Counted from the first letter of the stretch, positions 19,248 to 29,065 are shown. The stretch is DNA of 64,000 nt from an uncultured Candidatus Saccharibacteria bacterium (GCA_964623775.1 CAZUVH010000002.1:110454-174453); one strand, 5' to 3'. Program-made: numbers and translations. The notes: generated by a model from the sequence alone, not told the origin.

Positions 19248-20501
19248 CTACGCAAGTATCAATACAAAGACTTTCCTTCCGCCTCGGCGGAGGATAGCAA
19301 TACCATTTTGAAAATCGCCCAATGCCAACGTGCGCTCCGGTTCTTGCACAGTCTCGCTTCGGAGGCTAATGCCTTTATCTGAAAGAAGCTGACGCGCTTC
19401 ACGCTTCGAGCTTGCAAGACTGGAGCGCACGAGCACGTCTATGATACTCTCACCCTCGTGGACCACGCATGAAGGAGCCTCTTTTTTCAACATCTCAAGC
19501 TTTTCGTCATCAAGTTCACCCACATCCTTACCGCCAAAAAGCACTTCCGACACCACCTTTGCGGTCTCCGCGACCTGTGCCCCATGCACCATCGTTGTTA
19601 TCTCGCGTGCGAGGAATTGCTGCGCGTATCGCTCTCCTTTATTTCTACGGTGCATTTCGAGCACCGCATCGATCTCCAATCTCGTAAGCATCGTCATCTT
19701 GAGAAGATACTCTTCTGCTGCTTCATCATCTGTATTTATCCAAAATTGGTAGAAGGCGTACGGTGACGTCTTCGCCGCATCAAGCCACACAGTCCCCGCT
19801 TCGCTCTTACCAAATTTCTTGCCCGTCGCTTTATTGATGAGGAGTGGCCAGGTGATCGCATATACAGTGTCACCCGTCTTGCGGCGTATGAAATCCACAC
19901 CTGAAACGATGTTGCCCCACTGATCTGAACCGCCCACTTGCAGGTCGCAGCCAAATTCCTGATGGAGATGGAGAAAGTCGTATGATTGCAAAAGTGCATA
20001 CGAAAATTCTGTGTAGGAGATACCTTCCTCTTCATTTTTTATACGATCTTTTACAAAATCCTTACTGAGCATTGAGTTGACCGTGAAGTGTTTGCCGACG
20101 TCTCGGAGGAATTCGATCATCTTCAGATCTGTAAGCCAGTCGGCGTTGTTTACCAGCGTGAAATCTGCGGAACCAAAAAGACGTTTCGCCTGTTCCGCAA
20201 TTTTCTCGGCATTCGAAGTGACTGTCTCGGCATTCAGAAGAGGACGCTCCACGCTCTTGCCGCCCGGATCACCGATCATGCCTGTGCCGCCACCGATGAC
20301 AAGAATCATTTTGTGACCATCCTCGAGAAACCTGCGAAGGAAAAGAAAACTCATGAGTTGTCCTACCTGCAGTGAATCAGCTGAAGGGTCGATGCCGAGA
20401 TAGAGCGTGCGCTTTTCACCGTCGGTAATCTCTTCGACAGTTTTCGACGAGTGCTGATTTATATACCCGCGCTCTTTGAGGATTTCAGATAAATTTGCCA
20501 T
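19248..20501 (-). CDS. tyrS: Tyrosine--tRNA ligase
   Basis: YLGIDPSADSL(QVGQ), TGMIGDP, EFSYALLQSYDF, GGSDQWGNI, KFGKS, S4 domain. Confidence 0.97.
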   Translation of the reverse strand: MANLSEILKERGYINQHSSKTVEEITDGEKRTLYLGIDPSADSLQVGQLMSFLFLRRFLEDGHKMILVIGGGTGMIGDPGGKSVERPLLNAETVTSNAEKIAEQAKRLFGSADFTLVNNADWLTDLKMIEFLRDVGKHFTVNSMLSKDFVKDRIKNEEEGISYTEFSYALLQSYDFLHLHQEFGCDLQVGGSDQWGNIVSGVDFIRRKTGDTVYAITWPLLINKATGKKFGKSEAGTVWLDAAKTSPYAFYQFWINTDDEAAEEYLLKMTMLTRLEIDAVLEMHRRNKGERYAQQFLAREITTMVHGAQVAETAKVVSEVLFGGKDVGELDDEKLEMLKKEAPSCVVHEGESIIDVLVRSSLASSKREARQLLSDKGISLRSETVQEPERTLALGDFQNGIAILRRGGRKVFVLILA

Positions 20502-20560
20502 GGCGTCAGAATATCATAAAAAATGAAGTGCCGGACTTCTAGAGAAGCCCGGCACGAAAA

Positions 20561-21430
20561 TCAGACGAGAGAGACTTTCTTGTCTGCCTTAAAGATCTTT
20601 TTTTGTTCACGAGGCTCTTTCGGCCACTGTTGGATCACGTCCTCGATCATATCGAGCGATGTGCGGAAATCGCACGCGACCGACTGAATGCCAGCCGAGA
20701 GACAAAGCGGATCACCGTCCTCGCCCACAAAGGATACACTCCACTCGTTGACGATCAGGTCTTTACCCTCTTTGTAGTGGCTCGGCTTCGACGTATCGAT
20801 TCGTTTGGCAAAGGTGAACATAATACGACCAGCCACGATGCATGTGCGAAGCACGGTCTCGCCGAATTTTCCGCTCATTCCTTTCAGGTCACATTTGTCA
20901 GCCATCTCTCCAAGTCCGCGGCGATACACAAGACGCAAGAACTTGTCGAATGTCTGCTGGAGAACAATTTGCTGCGCATTGCAATATGAATGGATTTGAT
21001 TCGCGATCCAATCATTATCGAGCACGTCCTTCAGTGTAAATCCGAGCGCGGTCTGAACTGCTGACGTCTGGTCGAGAAGATTGCTTGCACCGAGGTCAGT
21101 GATATTGGGCACCTTGTGGCCCGTGCTCGCTTCGTACATCTTTCGATATTCAACCGCGTTGACATCGGTCCCTGTACGCAGATGTTCAAAGGCCTCAACC
21201 GCAAGCTGCGGAAGATGCGGCTCAATTCGCCAAAAGTCGTATTCCTCGTCCGCAGGTATTTTCACGGTCTTTAGATATTCCGCAAAAAATTCTGCAAAAG
21301 TCCGTTGACCCTTCCAGCGTGGAGTTTTACCGCCCGGCTTTCCACGGTTTAGGAGTTCGTAGTTCTCCTCATCGGGACTGTGCGAATTGGCGTACAGCTG
21401 CAATTTGTTGATCAACTCCTGCTTATGCAT
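20561..21430 (-). CDS. Hypothetical protein, 289 aa
   Basis: AAGGAGG SD before MHKQELIN; terminator at about 20528-20554. Confidence 0.75.
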   Translation of the reverse strand: MHKQELINKLQLYANSHSPDEENYELLNRGKPGGKTPRWKGQRTFAEFFAEYLKTVKIPADEEYDFWRIEPHLPQLAVEAFEHLRTGTDVNAVEYRKMYEASTGHKVPNITDLGASNLLDQTSAVQTALGFTLKDVLDNDWIANQIHSYCNAQQIVLQQTFDKFLRLVYRRGLGEMADKCDLKGMSGKFGETVLRTCIVAGRIMFTFAKRIDTSKPSHYKEGKDLIVNEWSVSFVGEDGDPLCLSAGIQSVACDFRTSLDMIEDVIQQWPKEPREQKKIFKADKKVSLV

Positions 21431-21491
21431 CGAATCCTCCTTTAAGGACACTGTGGGCTGACAAACTTATATTACAGAAGCTGAAACGAGT

Positions 21492-21878
21492 CTAGCTGTC
21501 GCGTTGTTGTTCACGCTCACGAACCTCGTGCTCATCCATACCAAAATGGTGGGCAAATTCGTGCCAGATGGTCTCGGCGACGACATCCTGCACGTCCTTC
21601 GCGTCTTCAATCGCAGCTTCCTGGATCGGCAGTTTGTAGAGTGTAATCGTATCCGGCAGCGTCGCGCCCACCCCATACATATCGCCCCGGGCAGTGAGCG
21701 GAATGCCGCGATAGAGCCCGAGCAGAGTCTCGTCGTCTTCGAGTCCCTCTTCGCGGCGCACCTCTTCCGACGGAAGGTCTTCGATCAAAATCGCGACATT
21801 CGAGATTTTCTTGCGTACCCACTCGGGAAGGCGTGCGTACCCTTCGGCTACCATTTTTTCAAACTCCTCGTGCCTCAT
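21492..21878 (-). CDS. Zincin-like metallopeptidase (Zincin_1)
   Basis: LLGLYRGIPL..R...LPDTITLY..PI...HEFAHHFG. Confidence 0.92.
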   Translation of the reverse strand: MRHEEFEKMVAEGYARLPEWVRKKISNVAILIEDLPSEEVRREEGLEDDETLLGLYRGIPLTARGDMYGVGATLPDTITLYKLPIQEAAIEDAKDVQDVVAETIWHEFAHHFGMDEHEVREREQQRDS

Positions 21879-21934
21879 AGCACGACTATAGCAAAACTTT
21901 GTTATAGTTCTCTCCAGGCAAACGGAGGTTACAA

Positions 21935-22423
21935 ATGAGAAATCTTTTGCATTCTTTGCGAACTGCAGCACTTTCTGGTGCCGTGATCCTTTCCACACTC
22001 TCGATTGCACATGCTTCCGGACCTTTCGACGCTCTCACGGGGCGATGGAGTGGGTCGGGCAGAATCAACTTCGATGACGGTAGTGGTGAGAGACTACGCT
22101 GTAATGCCAACTACAGCGTCAGTGGCGACCAGCTTCGGCTGGACCTGACCTGTGCGAGCGACAGCTACAAGATCGAGGCCCACTCAAATGTTCGCTACAA
22201 CAGCGGGTTCATCAGCGGCAATTGGAACGAATCGACGCGAAATCTCGGCGGTGAAGTCTCAGGTTCTGCAGGTGGAAATACAATCAGGGCAAATCTCGAA
22301 AGCGGTGGAAGTACGCTCCTGAGTATGACAGTGGTCACCAACGGCGCCGCGCAGTCGATACGGATTGCACCACAGCAAGGCACGGGTATCAAAAGCGTGC
22401 AGATCAATATGACGCGCAAATAA
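21935..22423 (+). CDS. Secreted beta-rich protein resembling a Hyphomicrobiales (Rhizobiales) family
   Basis: GGAGG SD, signal peptide, G.WSG.G...DG..ER.RC.A.Y...CASDSYK...SG.W.E..RN; terminator 22430-22458. Confidence 0.8.
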   Translation: MRNLLHSLRTAALSGAVILSTLSIAHASGPFDALTGRWSGSGRINFDDGSGERLRCNANYSVSGDQLRLDLTCASDSYKIEAHSNVRYNSGFISGNWNESTRNLGGEVSGSAGGNTIRANLESGGSTLLSMTVVTNGAAQSIRIAPQQGTGIKSVQINMTRK

Positions 22424-22459
22424 CATCAAAGCCCGACAGATGTCGGGCTTTTTCTTTTC

Positions 22460-22755
22460 CTACAAAGATAAACCCCCACATTCGCTAGGTTCGCGAATGC
22501 GGGGGTAGGTTCTTTACCGGGGCCAAACCCTAATGCGAGCAAATCGGCCTCGACGGCATCGGCCTACATAGGCCGCGCCTCTGCCGAATCTGCCCTGCCT
22601 GGCCGACGATCAGGAGATCGCGGCGCCGGCGCCGATGACGGTGCTGGTGCGGTTATCCAAAAACAATCTCTGATTCTTCACGCCTGGACACCTCCGTGTG
22701 GGGCAGCCTTGCCCGTTTGGATAAGGAACATATCGGCAGATTATCGGCCGACGTC
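22460..22755 (-). ncRNA. Candidate structured ncRNA C (~290 nt)
   Basis: TTGACA(22783-22788)-17-TATATT promoter, three nested long-range helices, strong terminal hairpin 22472-22506. Confidence 0.55.
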
Positions 22756-22809
22756 GAGCAATATAAACTATAGTGAAATACTTGTCAATACCCCCAAAAA
22801 TGGCCTGAT

Positions 22810-23343
22810 TTAGGCCTGCTGCACGAGCTCGTAAAAGCGCTTTTTTACCTTTTCGATCTTGGGCTCGATGATGATCTGGCAATACGGGGCGCTCTTGTTC
22901 TCATTGTAGTAATTGGCGTGGTACGACTCGGCAGGAAAGAATTGCCCGAGTGGTACCACTTGCGTGACGACGCGCGTGCCGTCTTTGAGTGATTCGTCAA
23001 CATCCTTGATGATCTTCTCCGCAACCGCCTTCTCTTCAGTAGTCTCATAGAGAATCACGGATCGGTACTGCTCGCCCACGTCGTTCCCCTGCCGGTTGGG
23101 TGTCGTCGGATCGTGAGAGCCGAAAAATACAGTGAGCAAATCTTCATATGAAATAATCGCAGGATTGTATGTGACGCGGATCACTTCTGCGTGGCCCGTG
23201 CTGCCACTACTGACTTGCTCGTATGATGGGTTCTCAACCTTCCCGCCCGCGTATCCTGATTCTACTTTTGAGACGCCTTTCAACATCTGAAACACCGCCT
23301 CGGTGCACCAAAAGCATCCACCACCAAAGACAGCCGTTTTCAT
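22810..23343 (-). CDS. msrA: Peptide-methionine (S)-S-oxide reductase
   Basis: GGGCFWC, SGYAGG, TGHAEV, HDPT, RQGNDVGEQYRS, AESYH. Confidence 0.97.
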   Translation of the reverse strand: MKTAVFGGGCFWCTEAVFQMLKGVSKVESGYAGGKVENPSYEQVSSGSTGHAEVIRVTYNPAIISYEDLLTVFFGSHDPTTPNRQGNDVGEQYRSVILYETTEEKAVAEKIIKDVDESLKDGTRVVTQVVPLGQFFPAESYHANYYNENKSAPYCQIIIEPKIEKVKKRFYELVQQA

Positions 23344-23384
23344 GCGTGCATTGTATCAAAAAACCGCAGCATGAGACTGCGGTC

Positions 23385-23765
23385 TTATTGTGTCATTCCC
23401 CTAAAGATGAGGAGGGTGATGTATATCCACGCAAGTGAATGCCCCGCGAAGACGAAAAGGTCCCCAACACTCACGAGCCACCACTTTTTTCCTATAGAAA
23501 TGAGGTGGCGATCAGCGAGCCAAGAACTGCGCACTTTTTCATCGATCGATATGTAGTCACGCCTTTTCTCTACGAATGAAGCGTTCTGCTCGATTATTTT
23601 CGCGGGCATCCGGGCTTGCTGATCGAGCATATTCGCATTCATGACGTACCTATTCATGAATACGCCGATGACAACTATCGGAAACATGAGCATGAAGACG
23701 TAATCACCGTTACTCATCGCCACTATAGGCATGATGAGTATCACCATGAAGTGAATTGGGAACAC
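23385..23765 (-). CDS. Hypothetical membrane protein
   Basis: GGAGG SD and GTG start just downstream of lysS; hydrophobic N- and C-terminal segments. Confidence 0.6.
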   Translation of the reverse strand: MFPIHFMVILIMPIVAMSNGDYVFMLMFPIVVIGVFMNRYVMNANMLDQQARMPAKIIEQNASFVEKRRDYISIDEKVRSSWLADRHLISIGKKWWLVSVGDLFVFAGHSLAWIYITLLIFRGMTQ

Positions 23766-23800
23766 TGGGAGATCCTCCTTCTACCTCAGAAAAGAATACA

Positions 23801-25240
23801 CTATATTTTCGGGCGCAAAAGTGGGAAGAGCTGCGTTTCGTGCGCTGGCTTGTTCTCAAGAAAAGCGAAGAGGCGTTCGGAGACGCCAAAGCCAAATGCG
23901 GGCGGCATGCCGTATTCCATCGCACGGACGAAACCCTCATCGAGGCGCTGGGCTTCGTCGTCTCCGGCGTCGCGCATTTTCTGCTGCTCCTCAAATCGTG
24001 CACGCTGGTCAAGTGGGTCGTTGAGTTCACTATAGCCTTTGCCTACTTCACTTCCGGCGATAAGCACCTGCAGTCGCTCAACTGTCTCTGGGTTGCTGCC
24101 ATTGCGCTTCGCAAGCGGCTCAAGAAAGACCGGAACGCCTACGAGAAATGCGGGACCAGAGATCGTCTTGCGGATCGATTTCCAGAGGTGGTCGATCGCG
24201 CGAGCCTTATTGAGCTTTTCACCTACCTCGATCTTGGCATCACGCACTGCCTGTATTGCCTCGTCTTCACTGCACGACTGTGGATCGATGCCGAATTTAT
24301 CCCTGATAGTGTCGCAAAAGCTGATCACCTTCCACTCGTCGGCAAAATCCACCGTATGACCATTGATCTCAAACGTGTATTTTCCGTACACCTCTTTTGC
24401 GACATGGCGATAGAGTTCTTGCACAAAGTCTCTGCCCTTTTTGAGCGAACTGTATGCCTCATAACTCTCAAGCTGCGTGTAGTCCTGCAGGTGCTCACGC
24501 GACTGGCCTTCATTGCGGAAGATGCGGCCGATCTCAAAGACTTTCGGGAATCCGGCGACGAGCAGCTCCTTTTGCCACAACTCGCCTGCTGAAATACGGA
24601 GGTAGACGTCGATATCGAGTGCATTGTGATGTGTGACAAATGGCCTAGCATCCGCGCCACCCGGAGAATTCTCCAAGATAGGAGTCTCGACTTCCATGAA
24701 GCCGCGTGCGAGATAGAAATCACGGATCGCCTTCCAGAATTTCGCCCGACGATCAAAAATCGCGCGTGTCTCGGGACTGAGGAGGATGTCGAGATAGCGC
24801 TCGCGAAGTCGAAGCTCCTCATCCTTGATACCGAAGTGTTCGGTCGGCATCGGTGCAATGGATTTTGCGAGCATTTTCCATTTCGTGACCTTGAGTGATT
24901 CTTTGCCACGCTGCGTCTTGAATCCTGTGCCTGAAAATTCTACAAAATCCCCCGCGTCGGCAGTCTTTTCGAAAAGTTCGATTTTATCGGTCGTGTCTGC
25001 CTGGAGTACCGCCTGGCCGCGACCCGTGCCGTCGAAAATATCGGCAAACATAATGCCACCCTGGCCGCGGAGTGACATGATGCGACCAGCAAGAATCGCA
25101 TTTTTTCCCTCCTCAAAATTATTGAAAAAATCGCCCACGGATGTATCGCGCTCGGTCTCAGCCGGATACGCCTCCATCCCCGCCTCCTTTAAAAGTTCTA
25201 ATTTTTTGAGCCTCTCAGCCCTGATATCAGCTTCACTCAT
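23801..25240 (-). CDS. lysS: Lysine--tRNA ligase (class II)
   Basis: OB fold, GGADARPF.THHNALD, FRNEG, YSELNDP, EYGMPP..GFG. Confidence 0.97.
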   Translation of the reverse strand: MSEADIRAERLKKLELLKEAGMEAYPAETERDTSVGDFFNNFEEGKNAILAGRIMSLRGQGGIMFADIFDGTGRGQAVLQADTTDKIELFEKTADAGDFVEFSGTGFKTQRGKESLKVTKWKMLAKSIAPMPTEHFGIKDEELRLRERYLDILLSPETRAIFDRRAKFWKAIRDFYLARGFMEVETPILENSPGGADARPFVTHHNALDIDVYLRISAGELWQKELLVAGFPKVFEIGRIFRNEGQSREHLQDYTQLESYEAYSSLKKGRDFVQELYRHVAKEVYGKYTFEINGHTVDFADEWKVISFCDTIRDKFGIDPQSCSEDEAIQAVRDAKIEVGEKLNKARAIDHLWKSIRKTISGPAFLVGVPVFLEPLAKRNGSNPETVERLQVLIAGSEVGKGYSELNDPLDQRARFEEQQKMRDAGDDEAQRLDEGFVRAMEYGMPPAFGFGVSERLFAFLENKPAHETQLFPLLRPKI

Positions 25241-25346
25241 GCGAGCAATAATACCATTCAATCTGTGAGTATTCGCAAGTTTTTCAGAAATTTGACACAA
25301 TACATTCTCCGTTTTAATCTGCGTTCGGAAACAGAAAGGACTTCAC

Positions 25347-25928
25347 ATGTCAAAAGGCGTGACTATGTTTCTTATTCTCCTTGCACTGATTTTTGGCGGA
25401 ATCGCCGGAGTGCTCGGTGGTCAGGTCTATTACGACTCGAAGAGGGTACAGACACCACAAACCGAAGAACGACAATCCTGGGAACTTCGACTCGAGCAGC
25501 AAAGAAAAGTTGCGCGAGTTAAACATGCGAGTGAACTCGGATTGCCGGCTGACGCTACTGACGAGGCTATCGAGGCGGCCGAAGCAAAAGCTGCCGAACG
25601 GATACGCATAGCAGATGCCGAGAGGCTGGGCCTTCCCCAAACAGCGACAGCCGAAGAAATCCGTGAGGAAGACGAACGCCAAGAGGATATGAAAAGTCGT
25701 GGCTTGCCCGCTGCAACGAAGGCGGAAGAGGCCTACCTCGCCGATGAACTCCTCAAGCGTGCAGAGGTCGCAGAAAGTCTGGGTCTTCCGGCTCATTCTT
25801 CATGGGAGAAGATCGAGGCAAAGAAAAATTTTGGGCTTCGAAATCTGGCCGGGCGTCTTGGCCTCTCACCGGAAGCTTCACTGGATGCAATCGAGATTGA
25901 GCTCGTTCGTCGCCAATCCAAGAATTGA
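25347..25928 (+). CDS. Membrane-anchored protein with LGLPxxA(S/T) repeats
   Basis: TTGACA-17-TAATCT promoter, AAAGGA SD, N-terminal TM, five (L/R)GL(P/S) repeats. Confidence 0.75.
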   Translation: MSKGVTMFLILLALIFGGIAGVLGGQVYYDSKRVQTPQTEERQSWELRLEQQRKVARVKHASELGLPADATDEAIEAAEAKAAERIRIADAERLGLPQTATAEEIREEDERQEDMKSRGLPAATKAEEAYLADELLKRAEVAESLGLPAHSSWEKIEAKKNFGLRNLAGRLGLSPEASLDAIEIELVRRQSKN

Positions 25929-25972
25929 ATTTCAACGCACAAATCCCGTCACCGACAAACGTGGCGGGATTT

Positions 25973-27076
25973 TTATATATTTTCCCGTACTAATATCCGA
26001 GTCGCTATCGCCGTCGTGATTGGTACCGCAAGTACAAGGCCGATAGAGCCGATGACCGCGCGCACGATCTCGGTCGCAAAGAGTTCACGATTGAGCGCCA
26101 TCGCTATACCACCCTCGCCAAATCCGTAGAAAAGGAGGAGGAGCGGAAGGGATGCGCCCACGTACGCAATCGCGAGAGTGTTTACGAGCGCACCGATGTG
26201 CTCGCGTCCGATACGCACGGCCCGGCGATACACTTCCCTGCGAGAAAGATGCTGTCCCGCAGACTCAAGCTCTTCTACCGACACCGCTTGTCCGATCGCC
26301 GCGTCGTAGAGCACGCCGAGCGTACCGATGAGAATACCGCCGATCAAAAGCCCGGCGAGATCGAGCGCGCCACGCGTATTGAGATTGAGATACGTCGTCT
26401 CTTCGGCGGTAAATCCGCTCAGATATGTAAACGGTATAGCCCAGTACGCGAGCGCTCCCGTGAAGATGACGGTCGTCACCATGCCGAGTACGGCGGTCGA
26501 CGTGGTCTTATTGAATCCATGTGTCACATACGAACCAAGTACAACAATGATCGAGGACACGCACACGGAGACGAGTATGGGTGAGTACCCCTGAAGCACG
26601 CCAGGCAGCAACATGAAGACAATAAAGAAGAGACTCCCAATCAACGCGATGAGACCGCGAGCACCCTGCCAGCCACCGAAGATAAGGACAACGGCGACGA
26701 ACATCGCAACGAGGAACGCGAGTTGCGGGAGACGGTACGGCTCCGACACCGTGTAAAAATCAGTGCCATCGAGATCACTCTTGGTGTGGGTGAGGTAAAA
26801 AATCTGTCCCGCTTTCATGTTGAGAAAGTCGTTTTCAATATCTATGACCTTCCCTTTCTCGGGACCGTCAATTATTTCTACCTTGATTGTTTGATAGGAG
26901 GTCTCTACATCTGTGCCGGGAATTTGGCGCCTTTCTTCGGAAATCACCTCAAGAACCTTGCCTTTCATCGTTACAACCGAATCTTGTGCTAGCTCCTGGG
27001 CTCCCGCCATATGCGGCGAGAGAGCTGAGAGCAGAATGCAGAACCCGATGAGGAATCGTTCGAAAGTCACGCTCAC
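25973..27076 (-). CDS. YibE/F family membrane protein
   Basis: GILIGTLGVLYD, IGREHIGALVNTL..AYVGASLPLLL, EIVR...GSIGLVLAVPITT. Confidence 0.92.
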   Translation of the reverse strand: MSVTFERFLIGFCILLSALSPHMAGAQELAQDSVVTMKGKVLEVISEERRQIPGTDVETSYQTIKVEIIDGPEKGKVIDIENDFLNMKAGQIFYLTHTKSDLDGTDFYTVSEPYRLPQLAFLVAMFVAVVLIFGGWQGARGLIALIGSLFFIVFMLLPGVLQGYSPILVSVCVSSIIVVLGSYVTHGFNKTTSTAVLGMVTTVIFTGALAYWAIPFTYLSGFTAEETTYLNLNTRGALDLAGLLIGGILIGTLGVLYDAAIGQAVSVEELESAGQHLSRREVYRRAVRIGREHIGALVNTLAIAYVGASLPLLLLFYGFGEGGIAMALNRELFATEIVRAVIGSIGLVLAVPITTAIATRILVRENI

Positions 27077-27888
27077 ACTATATCTCGGACAACCCGATCT
27101 TGAAATACGATTTCTTCATGAGGCGGTTCCTCGTGAGGCAGATACGTAACGAGTAGAAACATGAGCACAATACCGATGATGAAGTAGAAAAAGTGTCTTA
27201 AATAGTGCGCTGACGTATGTGCAGAATTGAGCGAGTGCGGGATGAGATCGTGAAAAACTATAATCAGGTACCCGCCGACCGAGAGGCCGAGGAGCGGTAC
27301 TTCCAAGTATTCAAATTGATCGAGTAGAAAATACGCGCCGATCGTACCTATGAGTATCGTTGATGAGGAGAGGAAATTGTATACAAGCGCTCGCGTCACA
27401 GAGAGTCCCGACTGACGCAACACGAAGAACTCTGAAATTTCCTGCAAGCTCTCATGCAGGAGAATACTGAAGGTCGTCGCCATACCGACAATGGGCGAAG
27501 CCACAAATGAAGCAACGATAACAACACCGTCGCCGATATTGTGAATACCATCACTCACGAGTACTCGATTCGCATCGAGGCGCATATGCTGGTGATCAAG
27601 CGCGCCAGCGTCGTGGTGGTGGTGAAATTGTGGGATATAGCGAAATCCGATAAGCACAACCACCGCACCTATCGCTATCCATGGAAGGCCCGCGGCAAAT
27701 GAGCCCGCGTGCTCGATGATTTCCCGCGAGAGATTGAACGCAATAACAAGAAGGACGCCTGCGGCAAAGCTGACAAAGAAGTGAAGATTGCGGTCTATAA
27801 AAGGGCCGGCGATTCTCCACGTGACGAGCTTGCCCGAGAGTGATACGAGCATGACGAGAAGCGATGCGAGAAGTACGGTGACGAGCAT
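27073..27888 (-). CDS. ZIP family metal transporter
   Basis: SFAAG, His-rich loop, DGIHNIGDG, HESLQEISEF. Confidence 0.93.
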   Translation of the reverse strand: MLVTVLLASLLVMLVSLSGKLVTWRIAGPFIDRNLHFFVSFAAGVLLVIAFNLSREIIEHAGSFAAGLPWIAIGAVVVLIGFRYIPQFHHHHDAGALDHQHMRLDANRVLVSDGIHNIGDGVVIVASFVASPIVGMATTFSILLHESLQEISEFFVLRQSGLSVTRALVYNFLSSSTILIGTIGAYFLLDQFEYLEVPLLGLSVGGYLIIVFHDLIPHSLNSAHTSAHYLRHFFYFIIGIVLMFLLVTYLPHEEPPHEEIVFQDRVVRDIV

Positions 27889-27890
27889 AC

Positions 27891-28403
27891 CTATTTAGTG
27901 GCGCACGAATTGCATGTGCCAAAAAATTCAAGCGCATGCGTATTGATCGCGGCAAATTTCTTTGCACTTTTCAGTACCTTGGATTCGACACGTTCGCCGA
28001 TGCATTCCTCCACATCTTCCATGATCCCGCAGTTGTTGCAGACAACGTGATGATGATGGTGCCCATGCAGCATTTCATAGTGCGCTCCACCTTGGCGGAG
28101 ATCACTACGAGAAAGAATCCCGGCTCTCGTGAGGGCCTCCAAAGAACGATATACGTTGGTCTCATCGAGGTTGCCTGTAATTCTTGCGGTGATCTGTGGC
28201 ACCGACAATGGGTGTCTCGCGCCTTTTAATATCGACAAGAGTTCCAGACGCCCCTCAGTTGAATTGAACCCATGATCACGAAGTGCGGATTGAAGGCTTT
28301 CCCGATCCGCTCCCTTGTAGAATTTTGACCGTTCCTTACGAAAAAATTCCCTTGTTGTCTTGAGATTTCTTTCAAAGGCTTTAATTGTCCGTTGCGCTCT
28401 CAT
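27891..28403 (-). CDS. Fur family regulator (probably Zur-like)
   Basis: T..R..L, VYRSL..L..AG, HHHHVVCNNCG, terminal CNSC; first gene of the operon with the ZIP transporter. Confidence 0.9.
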   Translation of the reverse strand: MRAQRTIKAFERNLKTTREFFRKERSKFYKGADRESLQSALRDHGFNSTEGRLELLSILKGARHPLSVPQITARITGNLDETNVYRSLEALTRAGILSRSDLRQGGAHYEMLHGHHHHHVVCNNCGIMEDVEECIGERVESKVLKSAKKFAAINTHALEFFGTCNSCATK

Positions 28404-28428
28404 GAAAGCAGTGTAGCGTACGCAAGCC

Positions 28429-28497
28429 AAAAATGCAAGTTTCTTGCATTTTTGAAACCCTGGGGTAGTATGCCGCAATTGCAAGAAACTTGCATTT
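28429..28497. promoter_or_regulatory. Two Fur-family operator palindromes in a divergent promoter
   Basis: AAATGCAAG-TTT-CTTGCATTT (28431-28451) and AATTGCAAG-AAA-CTTGCATTT (28477-28497); each contains a TTGCAT -35 hexamer. Confidence 0.7.
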
Positions 28498-28525
28498 ATT
28501 ATCAAGATACCTCGTAGTACTTCAT

Positions 28526-29011
28526 ATGCGTACATCCTTACTGTATTCGTTCATTATCATTGGTACGTTTCTCCTCGGCATAACGCCGGCCGTGTACGGA
28601 CAGTCCAATATCCTGTCTCCTCGCCTTGTGGTGAGTAAACCAACACAACCCTCTGAAAGCCTCGCGCTACCAGGTGCACTGCATGTCCCCTTCACGACAG
28701 TGGACCTGACTGCTCGTAATACAGACATCACAGTGCACAGTATTACAGTGATGCGTACAGGCCCTGCTGTCGATGCTATATTCGATGAAATTCTACTTAT
28801 TGATGATTCAGGGGAAGAGCTTGGTGGCGGCTCACTCGACGCCGATCACCTTGTTCGATTTACCGAGCCAATTTTCATTCCGGTCAATACAACACTCCGT
28901 ATAATCGTGGCCGCAAACATTGCGGATGAGCTCGCCGAGTTTGATGGCCAAAAACCGTCGCTCACAATCACCGAGATCAGCGCCACTGGCTACACCGAGG
29001 TAAGTCTCTGA
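28526..29011 (+). CDS. Exported beta-sandwich hypothetical protein
   Basis: Signal peptide; VPFTTVDLTA..DITV.SITV.RTG pattern typical of CPR surface domains. Confidence 0.7.
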   Translation: MRTSLLYSFIIIGTFLLGITPAVYGQSNILSPRLVVSKPTQPSESLALPGALHVPFTTVDLTARNTDITVHSITVMRTGPAVDAIFDEILLIDDSGEELGGGSLDADHLVRFTEPIFIPVNTTLRIIVAANIADELAEFDGQKPSLTITEISATGYTEVSL

Positions 29012-29065
29012 TCGCTTGGCTGATCGGTTAATGTCTTATATTTTCCGTTGTACAATAGGGCCACT

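Noticed and set aside
22460-22755. RNase P, SRP, tmRNA or hammerhead identity for units A-C
   Set aside because: No GAGGAAAGUCC, no SRP helix-8 motif, no tRNA-like ends and no CUGAnGA...GAAA core
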